A model generated the notes under the pieces. The model had not been told where the DNA came from. It saw nothing but the letters and a program-made list of their open reading frames with translations, and ran no database searches. The translations under genes and the position numbers were made by a program. Shown here piece after piece: positions 20,796 through 30,686 of a DNA stretch of 64,000 nucleotides (the stretch's first letter is position 1; each line of letters starts with the position of its first letter). Origin of the DNA: Ignavibacteriota bacterium (lineage in GTDB: Bacteria; Bacteroidota; Ignavibacteria; UBA10030; UBA6906); contig CAWDEM010000008.1 in NCBI GenBank assembly GCA_963801355.1, positions 1,920,001 through 1,984,000 of the forward strand, in the 5' to 3' direction.

Positions 20796-21215
20796 CTACT
20801 CACCCATCACTTTGACTACAACACGTTTGCGCCGGCATCCATCAAATTCGGCATAGTACACCTGCTGCCAGGGGCCGAGGTCAAGGACTCCTTTGGTCAC
20901 CGGCAGGATCACTTCATGATGAACCAGCAAGCTCTTGAGATGAGCATCACCGTTCGTTTCCCCCGTCCGGTGATGCCGGTATCCTTTGTTGAAAGGCGCA
21001 AGCCTTTCCAGCCATTCGTCAATATCCTGAATCAATCCGTCTTCTGCGTCATTCACGTACACGCCCGCGGTGATGTGCATCGCGGACACCAACACCATAC
21101 CCTCCTGCACGCCGCTTTTTCGGACAATTTCCTCCACCTGCGAGGTGATGTTGAGATATTCCCGCCTGGTACGCGTGGTAAACCACAAGTAGTCCGTGGC
21201 CGTTCGCAAGCTCAT
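20796..21215 (-). CDS. yjbQ: YjbQ/UPF0047 family protein
   Basis: MHITAG, Y.HH..GE.NGDAHLK, LGPWQQ.Y..EFDG. Confidence 0.9.
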   Translation of the reverse strand: MSLRTATDYLWFTTRTRREYLNITSQVEEIVRKSGVQEGMVLVSAMHITAGVYVNDAEDGLIQDIDEWLERLAPFNKGYRHHRTGETNGDAHLKSLLVHHEVILPVTKGVLDLGPWQQVYYAEFDGCRRKRVVVKVMGE

Positions 21216-21592
21216 TGCAGCATGGCTTTCAGCTTGGCAATCGCTTCCGATGGCTTGAACGGTTTCGCAAGAAAGTCATCGGCGCCGGCCTTTATCACCA
21301 TGTCGTGCACGGCCTTACCCCCCATCCCGCTGGTCCCGACTATCTTGATCGAAGGGTTCAATACGCGGGCACGGGCAATCAGGTCCACACCGGCCACCCG
21401 TGGAAGGTTGAGATCCGTAATCAGGAGCCTGACGTCAGCCGCATGCTTCTCCAGAAGCTCGAGCCCCTGCTTGCCGTCATTCGCCTGGAGGACGCTGAAT
21501 CCCTCAATCTCGAGCAGAATTGCAAATAGTTTCCTCAGCTCCTGTTCATCTTCAACGATGAGCACCCCCTTGCCAGTCTGCTCCGCCATCAT
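21212..21592 (-). CDS. Stand-alone response-regulator receiver (CheY-like)
   Basis: IVEDE, ITDLNLP (phospho-Asp), TSG, KPF; no output domain. Confidence 0.9.
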   Translation of the reverse strand: MMAEQTGKGVLIVEDEQELRKLFAILLEIEGFSVLQANDGKQGLELLEKHAADVRLLITDLNLPRVAGVDLIARARVLNPSIKIVGTSGMGGKAVHDMVIKAGADDFLAKPFKPSEAIAKLKAMLQ

Positions 21593-21690
21593 CCAGGTCT
21601 CCTCTGATTATCAATATATGCACACCCCGCCTCATCCGCAACCCTGCTTTCCAGAGCAGAAACGGCAATTCGACAGGTTGAAGGGAACGG

Positions 21691-21719
21691 TTGGACAACG
21701 TGCAGCAGATTCGTATATT
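21691..21719 (+). promoter_or_regulatory. Putative sigma70 promoter, possibly giving a leaderless transcript
   Basis: TTGGAC-17 nt-TATATT ending 5 nt before ATG 21725. Confidence 0.45.
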
Positions 21720-21724
21720 TGTCT

Positions 21725-21946
21725 ATGGCAAGACAAGATATTCTCCTTCTCGTGGCATTCGGTTCCCTCGCGTTGATCACATTCGTTGCGGCGATCATCT
21801 GTTTCCGAAAAGCGCTGGCGGTGGCGAACCAGAAAGACGGTGACATCAAGATGTTCCTCTGGGCTGTGGCAACATTTGTCAGCCTCATCGTTTCCGGTCT
21901 CAGCGCCGCCTATATCCTTCTACCCATTATCTTCCATTACCTATGA
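21725..21946 (+). CDS. Small two-TM membrane protein of unknown function
   Basis: 73 aa from ATG 21725, two hydrophobic segments; stop overlaps the next ATG (ATGA). Confidence 0.65.
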   Translation: MARQDILLLVAFGSLALITFVAAIICFRKALAVANQKDGDIKMFLWAVATFVSLIVSGLSAAYILLPIIFHYL

Positions 21947-24900
21947 TCTCGAGGCGCAGCATCCTGCTCGCAGCGCTCTACGGCATGGGTATGTCCATTT
22001 CGGCTGGACCCACCCTTGACCGGCTTGGCGTGGAGGTGCGTCACACATCCCGCCCATTCATCTACACCAATAAGCAAGAGGCGACATATTACGGGGAGAC
22101 TCACAGCCGTAACCGGGTCAGCTGGCAGGGATTCACTGTCCGGGGCCACGAGTTTCTGGATGACTATGACATCGTAGTGAACGGGACGACTCTCGACCGA
22201 TCGGCGGCGTTGAACGTGGTGGTGTACCCGGATCATCTCGAACGTACGTACCCCGGAGGCCTCGTTGAGGAGCTCTGGCCGGTGGACAGCCTCGCGATAG
22301 TGGGAATTCACTTGCGTTCACCCCGACCCATCGCGGCGGGTTTTGTGCCATACTTCACCGACGGCCGACGGCCCCCGGACTACATCATCCGGCTCAAGAG
22401 CGGTGTCGCGCTCCTCGCCAGGTCGACTCATCCGGAACGCACAGCCTCTGCCGACTACCCGGTCTGGCTGGCGATCGGTTCCCGGCGGGCTCTCCCCGAC
22501 ACTGTTGCCGTGGCCTCCGGACGCCAGTTCTCGCCCGTGCGGCTGTCAGGTTTGCTGGCCCGGACCCATATCTTCTCCGTGGCTGTTGCCAACACCGCCG
22601 AACAGGCTGAAGCTCTGGTTCGCACGTATCCCGACCGGCTCACGTCGTACGCAGCACAGCGCAGGGCCCGGATGGAGCAGCTTCTGGCCGAGACAGAGGT
22701 CAGGACATCCAATCCGCGCTTCGATATGGCCCTCCAGTGGGCCGTGCTGTCCCTGGATGCGCTGGTGATGAACCAGACGGGGAGAGGGATATTCGCCGGT
22801 CTTCCCTGGTTCAACAATTACTGGGGACGTGATACGTTCATTTCCCTGCCGGGGGCCGCGCTCGTGACGGAACGATTCCCCCTGGCCCGGCAACTCCTGG
22901 AGTCATTCGGGGCGTTTCAGCAGTACGATTCCCTCTCCCCCGATTACGGCCGCATACCGAACATCGTCTCTGTTACCGATACCGCGTACAATACCGCCGA
23001 CGGCACGCCGCGATTTGTCGACATGGCACGCGAGTATGTAGTGCGTTCGGGAGACGAAAAATTCCTGCTCCGCATGTACCCCGTGATTCTGCGCTCGATC
23101 GAAGGCACCCTGAAGTACCATACCGATTCACTGGGTTTCCTCATACACGGGGATGCCGAAACCTGGATGGATGCCGTGGGACCTTCCGGCCCCTGGAGTC
23201 CCCGTGGCAATCGCGCAAACGATATCCAGGCCCTCTGGGCCAGGCAACTCGATGCCGGCGTTTGGTGCGCCTCACGGCTCGGCGACTTTGTCTCGGCACA
23301 CCGGTGGAACGCCGCCCTGAAGAAGTTGAAACTGAATTTCACGAAGTACTTCGACACGCCCGGGGGGCCGGTCGTCGACCATCTGCTCCCGGACGGTACG
23401 GCCGACGCCCGGACGCGTCCTAATCAGCTTTTCACCGCCCCTCTGCTGGACACCCCGACACGCGCCTCGATGGTCCGCTCGGTGGCATCTCAACTCACAT
23501 TTCACTACGGCGTCGCATCACTGGCACAGACCGACGGCGGTTTCCACCCGTTTCATGAGTACCCCCCTTACTACCCCAAAGATGCCGCGTATCACAACGG
23601 AACTGTCTGGACCTGGCTCCAGGGACAATTGATTTCCGAACTGTGCCGCTACCAACTGGCCGATTCCGCATTCGTGCTCACCGGGGATGCCGTGCACCAG
23701 ATTCTCGACAGGGGAGCAGTCGGGACACAGTCGGAACTTCTCGACGCATTGCCCCGTCCGGGCGAATCGGAGCCCCGTCTGTCGGGCACGGTCTCCCAGG
23801 CATGGAATCTGGCGGAGTTTGTCCGCAACGTGTACGATGACTACCTTGGAATCCGGATTGAGCGATTCACCCGCCGTGTCATTCTGCATCCGCACATTCC
23901 CCGGGCGCTGGGGACAGTACGGGCTTCATTCCGCATCGACGGCCGCAGATTGGGTCTTACGGCGGGAAAGATCGGCGATACGCTCAGTGTGACGATGAAT
24001 TTCCCGCACCTCGACCGGCCGTATGCGGTGGAAGTCGTCCTCCCCAACGACCGCGGTGAAGAGTTTTCGACGAGCTTCGCGCTCTCTGCAATGGGCGAGG
24101 TTGCAGTGCATCTGCGTGATACCCTATTCTCCATCTCCTCGGGTGATCCCTCGTTCGCCCATACCGGCATCATCCGCCGGAATTGTCCCGCAAAAGACGA
24201 ACTGGCGCCCTTTTCGTTCGCCGTACCACGGTCCGCTGAAGGATTGGCCGTGTTGCGCGGACCAAACTATCCCCTTCTGTCCCACGCGACAGTCATGCGG
24301 ACCAATGCACGGGCAAAGCTCATTGCCCGTTCCGACGATGCTCTCAATGATGACACCGGCGTGCGAGTCAACGGACGCGGCGTGAGCTACAGCTACCCCG
24401 GCAGCCCCAATTTCGTGCCGGGCTCTTTCGACATCGTGAATTTTACTTTGTCGTCCGACGATAGCCTGGCCTATTTCACGCTGGGCTTCAGATCCCTGTC
24501 GGATCCGGGATGGCATCCCGAATACGGGTCTCAGCTCACGTTTGCTGCAATCGCTATCGACACCAATGGAGTCGCGAGTGGAGGGCAAAGGGAAATTCAG
24601 GCGAATGCACAATTCCGGCTGGAGCCGGATCGTGCGTACGAGCGGCTCATCCTTGTCGGCGGCGGGTTCAGGCTGGAGGATCAGTCTGGAACAGTCCTTG
24701 CGGCGTACACTCCTACAGAAGATGCCCTGAGTTCACCCTTCGGGAACACAGCAACCGGGAAGTTTCAATTCGCAGTCCCGACGCGCTTCCTTGGTGTTCC
24801 GAATACCCGTTGGAAGTTCACGGTCCTTGCCGGAGCGCAGGACGACCACGGCGGCGCAGGCATTGGCGAATTCCGGACTGTTAATCCCCAACGGGGTGAA

Positions 24901-24975
24901 TGGAACGGCGGTGGGCGCCTGCGGCAATCAGATTCGAATATCTACGACCTGCTGATCTGCGGCAACCAGAGGTAG
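21943..24975 (+). CDS. Amylo-alpha-1,6-glucosidase (GH133/GDE_C) with C-terminal glucodextranase-type DOMON-like domain
   Basis: AGLPWF..WGRDTFISLPG, YNTADG, TWMDA, RPNQ, YHNG.VW.W, SQAW; C-terminal DD.G...Y.YP.....G.FD...NIYD; signal-like N-terminus. Confidence 0.88.
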   Translation: MISRRSILLAALYGMGMSISAGPTLDRLGVEVRHTSRPFIYTNKQEATYYGETHSRNRVSWQGFTVRGHEFLDDYDIVVNGTTLDRSAALNVVVYPDHLERTYPGGLVEELWPVDSLAIVGIHLRSPRPIAAGFVPYFTDGRRPPDYIIRLKSGVALLARSTHPERTASADYPVWLAIGSRRALPDTVAVASGRQFSPVRLSGLLARTHIFSVAVANTAEQAEALVRTYPDRLTSYAAQRRARMEQLLAETEVRTSNPRFDMALQWAVLSLDALVMNQTGRGIFAGLPWFNNYWGRDTFISLPGAALVTERFPLARQLLESFGAFQQYDSLSPDYGRIPNIVSVTDTAYNTADGTPRFVDMAREYVVRSGDEKFLLRMYPVILRSIEGTLKYHTDSLGFLIHGDAETWMDAVGPSGPWSPRGNRANDIQALWARQLDAGVWCASRLGDFVSAHRWNAALKKLKLNFTKYFDTPGGPVVDHLLPDGTADARTRPNQLFTAPLLDTPTRASMVRSVASQLTFHYGVASLAQTDGGFHPFHEYPPYYPKDAAYHNGTVWTWLQGQLISELCRYQLADSAFVLTGDAVHQILDRGAVGTQSELLDALPRPGESEPRLSGTVSQAWNLAEFVRNVYDDYLGIRIERFTRRVILHPHIPRALGTVRASFRIDGRRLGLTAGKIGDTLSVTMNFPHLDRPYAVEVVLPNDRGEEFSTSFALSAMGEVAVHLRDTLFSISSGDPSFAHTGIIRRNCPAKDELAPFSFAVPRSAEGLAVLRGPNYPLLSHATVMRTNARAKLIARSDDALNDDTGVRVNGRGVSYSYPGSPNFVPGSFDIVNFTLSSDDSLAYFTLGFRSLSDPGWHPEYGSQLTFAAIAIDTNGVASGGQREIQANAQFRLEPDRAYERLILVGGGFRLEDQSGTVLAAYTPTEDALSSPFGNTATGKFQFAVPTRFLGVPNTRWKFTVLAGAQDDHGGAGIGEFRTVNPQRGEWNGGGRLRQSDSNIYDLLICGNQR

Positions 24976-25017
24976 GGATCAGACCTGGGCCTGACCTCTT
25001 TGGTAAGATAGCCACGC

Positions 25018-26334
25018 TTATGCTGCAACTCCGAAGTCATCCACCCGCTTCGACACGAAACCCACGCAGAGCCCAGCCAGAATCATCGAGCATCCCCCTA
25101 ACAGCACTGCATTCATGGGATTTCCCCCCAACAAGTTTGTCATCATGACGCCGAGTCCGAGAGACGCCAGAATCTGCGGCAGGACGATGAAGAAATTGAA
25201 CACGCCCATATAGAAGCCCATCTTTTCCGCAGGAATTGCGTTTGAGAGCATTGCATAGGGCATAGACAGTATGCTCGCCCATGCAATGCCGACGAGAAGC
25301 ATCGAGAACAGGAGCAGATACTGATCGCGCAATACGACCGCAAGCACGAGTCCCGCGCCGCCGGTAATCAACGCCACGCGGTGAATCGATCGGGGGGAGA
25401 ACTTCTTCACCAGCGCCAGCAGCACAAACGAAAAGACAAACGCCGTACCGTTATACACTGAGAAGCAGAGGCCACCCCACTCGTTCCCGCGCTGATACTC
25501 CGGCGAACCCGGAACTCCCCCGAAGACGGTGGTGGCGACAGCGGGAACAAAATAGATCCACATGCAGAACATCGCGAACCAGGTGAAAAACTGCACTATC
25601 GCCAGTTGCTTCATGGCAGCCGGCATTGAGGTGATGCCCTGGAAGATCTCTGCGAACGCTTTCCCGATACCGGCCGACGCCGCATTCCTCTTCCGGAATT
25701 CCTCCAGATTGTCCGGCGGATATTCCTTCGTCGTGAATATTGTGTACAGCACCGCAGCGAGCAACACCGCGGAGCCGACATAGAACGCCAGTTGCACGGT
25801 CCTCGGGATCGCAGCCTGTCCTGCAGTCCCAGTCACCCCGAACCAGTTTGTGAGGAGATACGGAAGCGCCGAGGAGAGCACGGCGCCGAGGCCTATGAGG
25901 AGGCTCTGCATGGCAAAGCCGGACTTTCGTTGGTCCTGCGGCAGCATATCCCCGACAAACGCACGAAACGGCTCCATGGTAATATTGATGCTTGCGTCCA
26001 GGACCCAGAGGAGCCCGGCCGCCATCCAGACAGTCGAAGAGTTGGGCATGGCGATCAGGGCAAGCGTGGAGAGCAGTGCACCTGCGAGGAAATACGGACG
26101 CCGCCTCCCCAATCGCCCCCAGGTACGATCGCTCGAGTATCCGACTATGGGTTGAACAATGAGCCCGGTAAGCGGCGCGGCAATCCAGAGCCACGCAATC
26201 TGGTCCTGGTTTGCCCCCAGGTACTCATAGATGGCGCTCATGTTTGCCATCTGCAGCCCCCAGCCGAACTGAATGCCGAAGAAGCCGAAACTCATGTTCC
26301 AGATTTGCAGCGGTGAGAGGCGGGGTTTGATCAT
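25018..26334 (-). CDS. MFS sugar transporter (maltose/sucrose, SLC45-like)
   Basis: IWNMSFGFFGIQFG, QPIVGY.SD.TW...GRRRPY, G.YMG.FN.FIV.PQ. Start moved to ATG 26334. Confidence 0.92.
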   Translation of the reverse strand: MIKPRLSPLQIWNMSFGFFGIQFGWGLQMANMSAIYEYLGANQDQIAWLWIAAPLTGLIVQPIVGYSSDRTWGRLGRRRPYFLAGALLSTLALIAMPNSSTVWMAAGLLWVLDASINITMEPFRAFVGDMLPQDQRKSGFAMQSLLIGLGAVLSSALPYLLTNWFGVTGTAGQAAIPRTVQLAFYVGSAVLLAAVLYTIFTTKEYPPDNLEEFRKRNAASAGIGKAFAEIFQGITSMPAAMKQLAIVQFFTWFAMFCMWIYFVPAVATTVFGGVPGSPEYQRGNEWGGLCFSVYNGTAFVFSFVLLALVKKFSPRSIHRVALITGGAGLVLAVVLRDQYLLLFSMLLVGIAWASILSMPYAMLSNAIPAEKMGFYMGVFNFFIVLPQILASLGLGVMMTNLLGGNPMNAVLLGGCSMILAGLCVGFVSKRVDDFGVAA

Positions 26335-26350
26335 GATGTTCTCGAACTTT

Positions 26351-27196
26351 TTATTCCTTGACGCTTCCGAGTGTGAGACCTGAGACCAGCCAGCGGCTGA
26401 GTGAGAGGAAGAGTGCGACCACGGGAATTGTGACGATGACCGAGGCCGCCCCGTACAGGCCCCACTCGGAACCCATATTCGATTCAAATGATTTGAGGCC
26501 GAGCGGGAGCGTCCATAATTCCGTGTCCTGCAGAATCTGCGCCGCCACCACGTATTCCGTCCACGCAGACATGAACGAGAAGAGTGCGGTGATGACCAGT
26601 GCGGGGGCCGCGAGCGGGAGAATGATACGGTAAAACGTCTGAAACTCGTTGCACCCGTCGATTTTTCCTGCTTCTTCCAGACTCGTGGGGATGGTATCGT
26701 AGTATCCTTTCATCTGCCAGATGCAGAAGGGCAGCGCCGTCGCCGAATACATGATGACGATGCCGAGATAACTGTTGATCAGATGCAGCTGTACGAGCAT
26801 GATGTACATCGGCAACAGCAGCATGGTGGCCGGGAACATCTGCGTGACCAGCAGGCTCAGCAGACCGATCTTCTTGCCGATGAACGAAAAGCGGGAAAAC
26901 GCATAGCCGCACATCGAGGCCAGGAGCACGCCGGTGAGCGTCACCGTCAGAGACACGAGCGTGCTGTTCAACATCCAGAGGAGAAACGGCCGTTCGGTGA
27001 AGAGCGCGGCATAGTTCCCGAACGATGCGTTCGCCGGGATCAACTCGAGCGACGTGCTGAGAAGACGGTTCGACGGGCGGAGTGAGATGTTGAAGATTTG
27101 CCAGACGGGGTAGAGCGCAACGAGAGAAAATACCATCAGCACCGCGTAGCTGGCCGTGACACGGAAAGCCGTCGATGTTTTGCCGCGCACCATCAT
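26351..27196 (-). CDS. malG: Maltodextrin ABC transporter permease (MalG-like)
   Basis: TQMFP, KGYYDTIP.SLEEA..IDG, IILPL..P, TLPLGL. Confidence 0.88.
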   Translation of the reverse strand: MMVRGKTSTAFRVTASYAVLMVFSLVALYPVWQIFNISLRPSNRLLSTSLELIPANASFGNYAALFTERPFLLWMLNSTLVSLTVTLTGVLLASMCGYAFSRFSFIGKKIGLLSLLVTQMFPATMLLLPMYIMLVQLHLINSYLGIVIMYSATALPFCIWQMKGYYDTIPTSLEEAGKIDGCNEFQTFYRIILPLAAPALVITALFSFMSAWTEYVVAAQILQDTELWTLPLGLKSFESNMGSEWGLYGAASVIVTIPVVALFLSLSRWLVSGLTLGSVKE

Positions 27197-27205
27197 GTGC
27201 CTCGA

Positions 27206-28112
27206 TCAGGAATAGACATTCCGGGTTGCCTTGGATTTTCGCATGAACGTGATGCTGAAAATCAGAAGGATGAAGAAGATCACCATGGAAAGTGCGGCTC
27301 CGTAGCCGTACCGGTAGAAATTGAACGCCGCTTTGTACACAAAGGAGACCATGAGATGCGTCTGGTCCGACGGCTCACCGGCATTGCTGACCAGCCAGAC
27401 GATATTCAGGTTGTTGAATGTCCAGATCGTTCCCGAGCGTGATTGCCGGGACCATGACGGGCTGTATCAGCGGGATGGTGATGTGCCGCAGTTTGTGATA
27501 CCACGATGCTCCGTCAATATCCGCTGCTTCATAGAGATCGTGCGGGATGCTCTGCAACGCGCCGAGCGCAATCACCATCATGAAGGGGAAGCCCAGCCAG
27601 ACATTGGTGATGATCACCGCGATGAAGGCTTCCAGCGGCTGGCGGAGCCATTGTACCCCGGGAAGATTGAACCACTGCGTCAACATCAGGTTGATCGACC
27701 CGTACTCATAGTTGAACATGCCGCGCCAGGTCAGCGCAACGATGAGCTGCGGCACGGCCCAGGGAAGCACGAGGATCGCGCGGAAGATTGCTTTGCCCCT
27801 GACCTCCTTCTGGTTCAGGACGAGCGCCAGGAACACGCCCAGCACAACGTGAAAGAAAAGATTCACCACGGTCCAGATGACAGTCTTCAAGAACACCACA
27901 TAGAAATCGGGCTGCGACGGCTCCGTGAAGACCTTGATGTACTGTCCGAAGCCGATGATTCTCCAATCCCGGATGTGACGCAAGTTCATATTCGAGAGGG
28001 AGAGCACGATATTGTAGAAGAAGGGATAAATCACGACGCCGAACAGCACGACGAAGGCCGGTGCAACGAGGATGAAGAGGAATATCCTGTGACGGAAGGT
28101 CTGGCTTTGCAT
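27206..28112 (-). CDS. malF: Maltodextrin ABC transporter permease (MalF-like), apparent +1 frameshift near 27432
   Basis: LPWAVP, W.GFPFMM...GALQSIP..LYEAA.IDGA. After ITLG, removing one base gives TIWTFNNLNIVWL...YGYGAALS...VYS* ending at 27206. Confidence 0.85.
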
Positions 28113-28123
28113 GGTGGTCGGGG

Positions 28124-29386
28124 TTATTCGTTCATTTCTTTGATGCGCCGGAGGGCGAGGCGCTGCATCTCCTCAGCAGCCTTCTCGGGGGTCATGGTAC
28201 TTGCCAGGACTGCCTGATAACTCGGGCGCATGGCATCCCAGATGGCACGGAGTTCCGGCACGACGGGAAGCGGACGTCCGCGGGTGATCTGTATCCGTGA
28301 GTTTCGCAGGATCTCGTTGTGTTGCACGAAGTCGCTTTGTTGAGCGCCCAGGTGCGTCGGCATCGTGAAAAGCTCCCGCGTCGCCTCCATCTGGCATTCT
28401 TCCGACATGAGGAAACGGATCAGCTCCAGCGCCAGGGCCTTCTTTTCGTCGGAGATGTTGGCATTGAGGGAAAACCCTTTGGGTGACACCATCGGCGCAC
28501 ACCAGAGCCCCGTCGAAGAGATTCGCGGCAACGGCGCGACCCCGATATCCAGACCCGCATTCTGGTAGCCGGCCCACGACCAATCGCCGTTGATGATCAT
28601 CCCGGCATTGCCGTCTTTGAAGAGGATGTCGGCGACATTGTAGTCCGCCTCGTTGGGAATAATCTTTTCCACATCCCGCAACCGTTTGATAAACTTGAGC
28701 CCGTCGATGGTGCCGCGGTTGTTGAGGGTGGGATTCCCCGCCTCATCCATGATCCAGCCGCCGAAGCCCGTCATGAAGGGGATGAAGAAAAACGGCTCCG
28801 TGTAGTTCCACGTCAGTCCATACCGGTCGGTCTTTCCGTCGCCGTTGAGGTCCGCCGTGAGCCCTTTGCCGATGCGGATCAGGTCTTCATCCGATGAGGG
28901 GGGAACCGGCACGAGCTTCTTGTTGTAGACGAGCGTGAGATGATTCCCGAGTTTGTCCGCCACCTGATAGAGATGTCCCTTGTACCAGGTCAATCCCTTC
29001 GGATCGAATTGTGCGAGCCACTCCCCGGGGAAAGACTCCTCCAGGGGGAGGATAATCTGCATGAGCTCAAATGGTCCGACCTGGTCTGACGGGCCGTACA
29101 CGATTTCGGGCCCCTGTCCGGCGAGGGCGGCAATGATGAAACCCGACCGCAATTCCTCCGTCTCCTTGAACAGCTGCTCGACACGCACGCCGGGATGCGT
29201 CTGCATGAACCGATCCAGCTGTCTCTGGAGAATGATCCGGATATCGATGCGGTCCTGATGCCAGATCGTCAGACGGATACGGTCGTCGCCTCTGCATGTG
29301 CAGCCATCCGTCGTGATGACGGCCGCAAGAGCAATGATGGTGCTCATCAGGCCGACGGCCGTCCGAAGTGCTGTTCGTGCGTTCAC
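28124..29386 (-). CDS. malE: Maltose/maltodextrin ABC substrate-binding protein (MalE-like)
   Basis: AGQGPE...GPSDQVG, YNKKLV..PP, F..G.A.MIING.W, P.P.VPE..A.W; signal/lipobox-like N-terminus. Confidence 0.85.
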   Translation of the reverse strand: MNARTALRTAVGLMSTIIALAAVITTDGCTCRGDDRIRLTIWHQDRIDIRIILQRQLDRFMQTHPGVRVEQLFKETEELRSGFIIAALAGQGPEIVYGPSDQVGPFELMQIILPLEESFPGEWLAQFDPKGLTWYKGHLYQVADKLGNHLTLVYNKKLVPVPPSSDEDLIRIGKGLTADLNGDGKTDRYGLTWNYTEPFFFIPFMTGFGGWIMDEAGNPTLNNRGTIDGLKFIKRLRDVEKIIPNEADYNVADILFKDGNAGMIINGDWSWAGYQNAGLDIGVAPLPRISSTGLWCAPMVSPKGFSLNANISDEKKALALELIRFLMSEECQMEATRELFTMPTHLGAQQSDFVQHNEILRNSRIQITRGRPLPVVPELRAIWDAMRPSYQAVLASTMTPEKAAEEMQRLALRRIKEMNE

Positions 29387-30669
29387 CGGGTGTTGCCTTC
29401 CGCCGGATCTGTTGCCGTGTTTCGCCTGGGCTCATGAACGAGCAACCAGACAACCGCAGAAACCGCGAGCGAGACCCCGCTGATCAGGAAGATGATGGAT
29501 TTGTCCTCTGAACGGTAGATCACCGTCCCCAGCACGAGGCTCACAAAGAGTTGCGGCAGCACGACCGAGAGATTGAAGATCCCCATGAAGAATCCCATGC
29601 GCGACTTCTCCACCTTTTCCGTCATGATGGCGAACGGAAGCGAAACGATGGAAGCCCAGCCGATGCCGGCCACCGCCATGAGCAGGTAGAGCATGACGGG
29701 ACTTGCTCCGGCAAATGCGATGGCGAAATATGCGGCAGCCATGATGGCCAGGGCGGTCAGGTGCACGCGCACGCGGCCGAAGCGCATTGCCAGCGGCTCG
29801 AGCACGGGAGCGGGCAGCAGGAATCCCACGGTGTTCAGGATGGCGAAGGAGATCGCGATGATGCGGCCCGAATCCTCCGCGATCGCACCGGGGTCTGAGG
29901 TGGCAAGCATTTTCTGCTGGATAAAAGCGATGATGTAGACGAACATTGTCTGTACGCCGATCCAGGAGAACCCGTGGGCGACGTAGATCCTCATCAGTTC
30001 TCCCCACCGCGAGACCACGGCTGCCGCCTTCCCGTCCGCCGCAGGTGCATCCTCCAGCTCGCGCCGTTCGGTGATGAACATGACGGGGACAACGGAGCAG
30101 AGAAAGACCACCACGACGCCAACGGAGATAAGCACGTAGTTCCCCGCCGCGGCACCGATGACGTAGGCCATGACGCCGAAGAAGCCGGAGATGGTCTGCA
30201 TCCAGGTATACCCCTTTGTGCGGGCCTCTCCTTCCGGCGTCACGTCGGCGATGATGGAACGGGTCGGATTGAAGCTGATGTTGATTGCCAGATCGAGCGT
30301 GAGCGCCACTGCGATCGCTACCGCGAGCAGACTGCCCACGCCCAGGGCGTCGTTGATGAGGTCGATATTGGGGAGTGCAAGCAGCATGAGCGCCGCAAGC
30401 GTTCCGCCGATCAGAATAAACGGACGGCGGCGGCCTCCCCAGAACCAGACACGATCGCTGATCAGGCCTATCACGACCTGTCCGACAATCCCTGCCAGAG
30501 GACCTGCGGCCCAGACGAAGCCGACCTGGTGAATATCCAGGTGATATTTCGTCGTCAGAAGCCAGCTGAGCGCCGAAATCTGAATCGACAGCGCAAACCC
30601 CATTGCCGTGGAGGGCAGGCTGATGAGGGCATAGAACCCGTTGGTCAAGCGTTCCTGAAATGCTCGCAT
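29383..30669 (-). CDS. Second MFS sugar transporter (SLC45-like)
   Basis: GLISD..W.WGGRRRPF, GWASIVSLP, MG.FMGIFN...VLPQ; ATG 30669 preceded by GGAAGG. Confidence 0.9.
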   Translation of the reverse strand: MRAFQERLTNGFYALISLPSTAMGFALSIQISALSWLLTTKYHLDIHQVGFVWAAGPLAGIVGQVVIGLISDRVWFWGGRRRPFILIGGTLAALMLLALPNIDLINDALGVGSLLAVAIAVALTLDLAINISFNPTRSIIADVTPEGEARTKGYTWMQTISGFFGVMAYVIGAAAGNYVLISVGVVVVFLCSVVPVMFITERRELEDAPAADGKAAAVVSRWGELMRIYVAHGFSWIGVQTMFVYIIAFIQQKMLATSDPGAIAEDSGRIIAISFAILNTVGFLLPAPVLEPLAMRFGRVRVHLTALAIMAAAYFAIAFAGASPVMLYLLMAVAGIGWASIVSLPFAIMTEKVEKSRMGFFMGIFNLSVVLPQLFVSLVLGTVIYRSEDKSIIFLISGVSLAVSAVVWLLVHEPRRNTATDPAEGNTR

Positions 30670-30686
30670 GGTACCCTTCCGACTGG

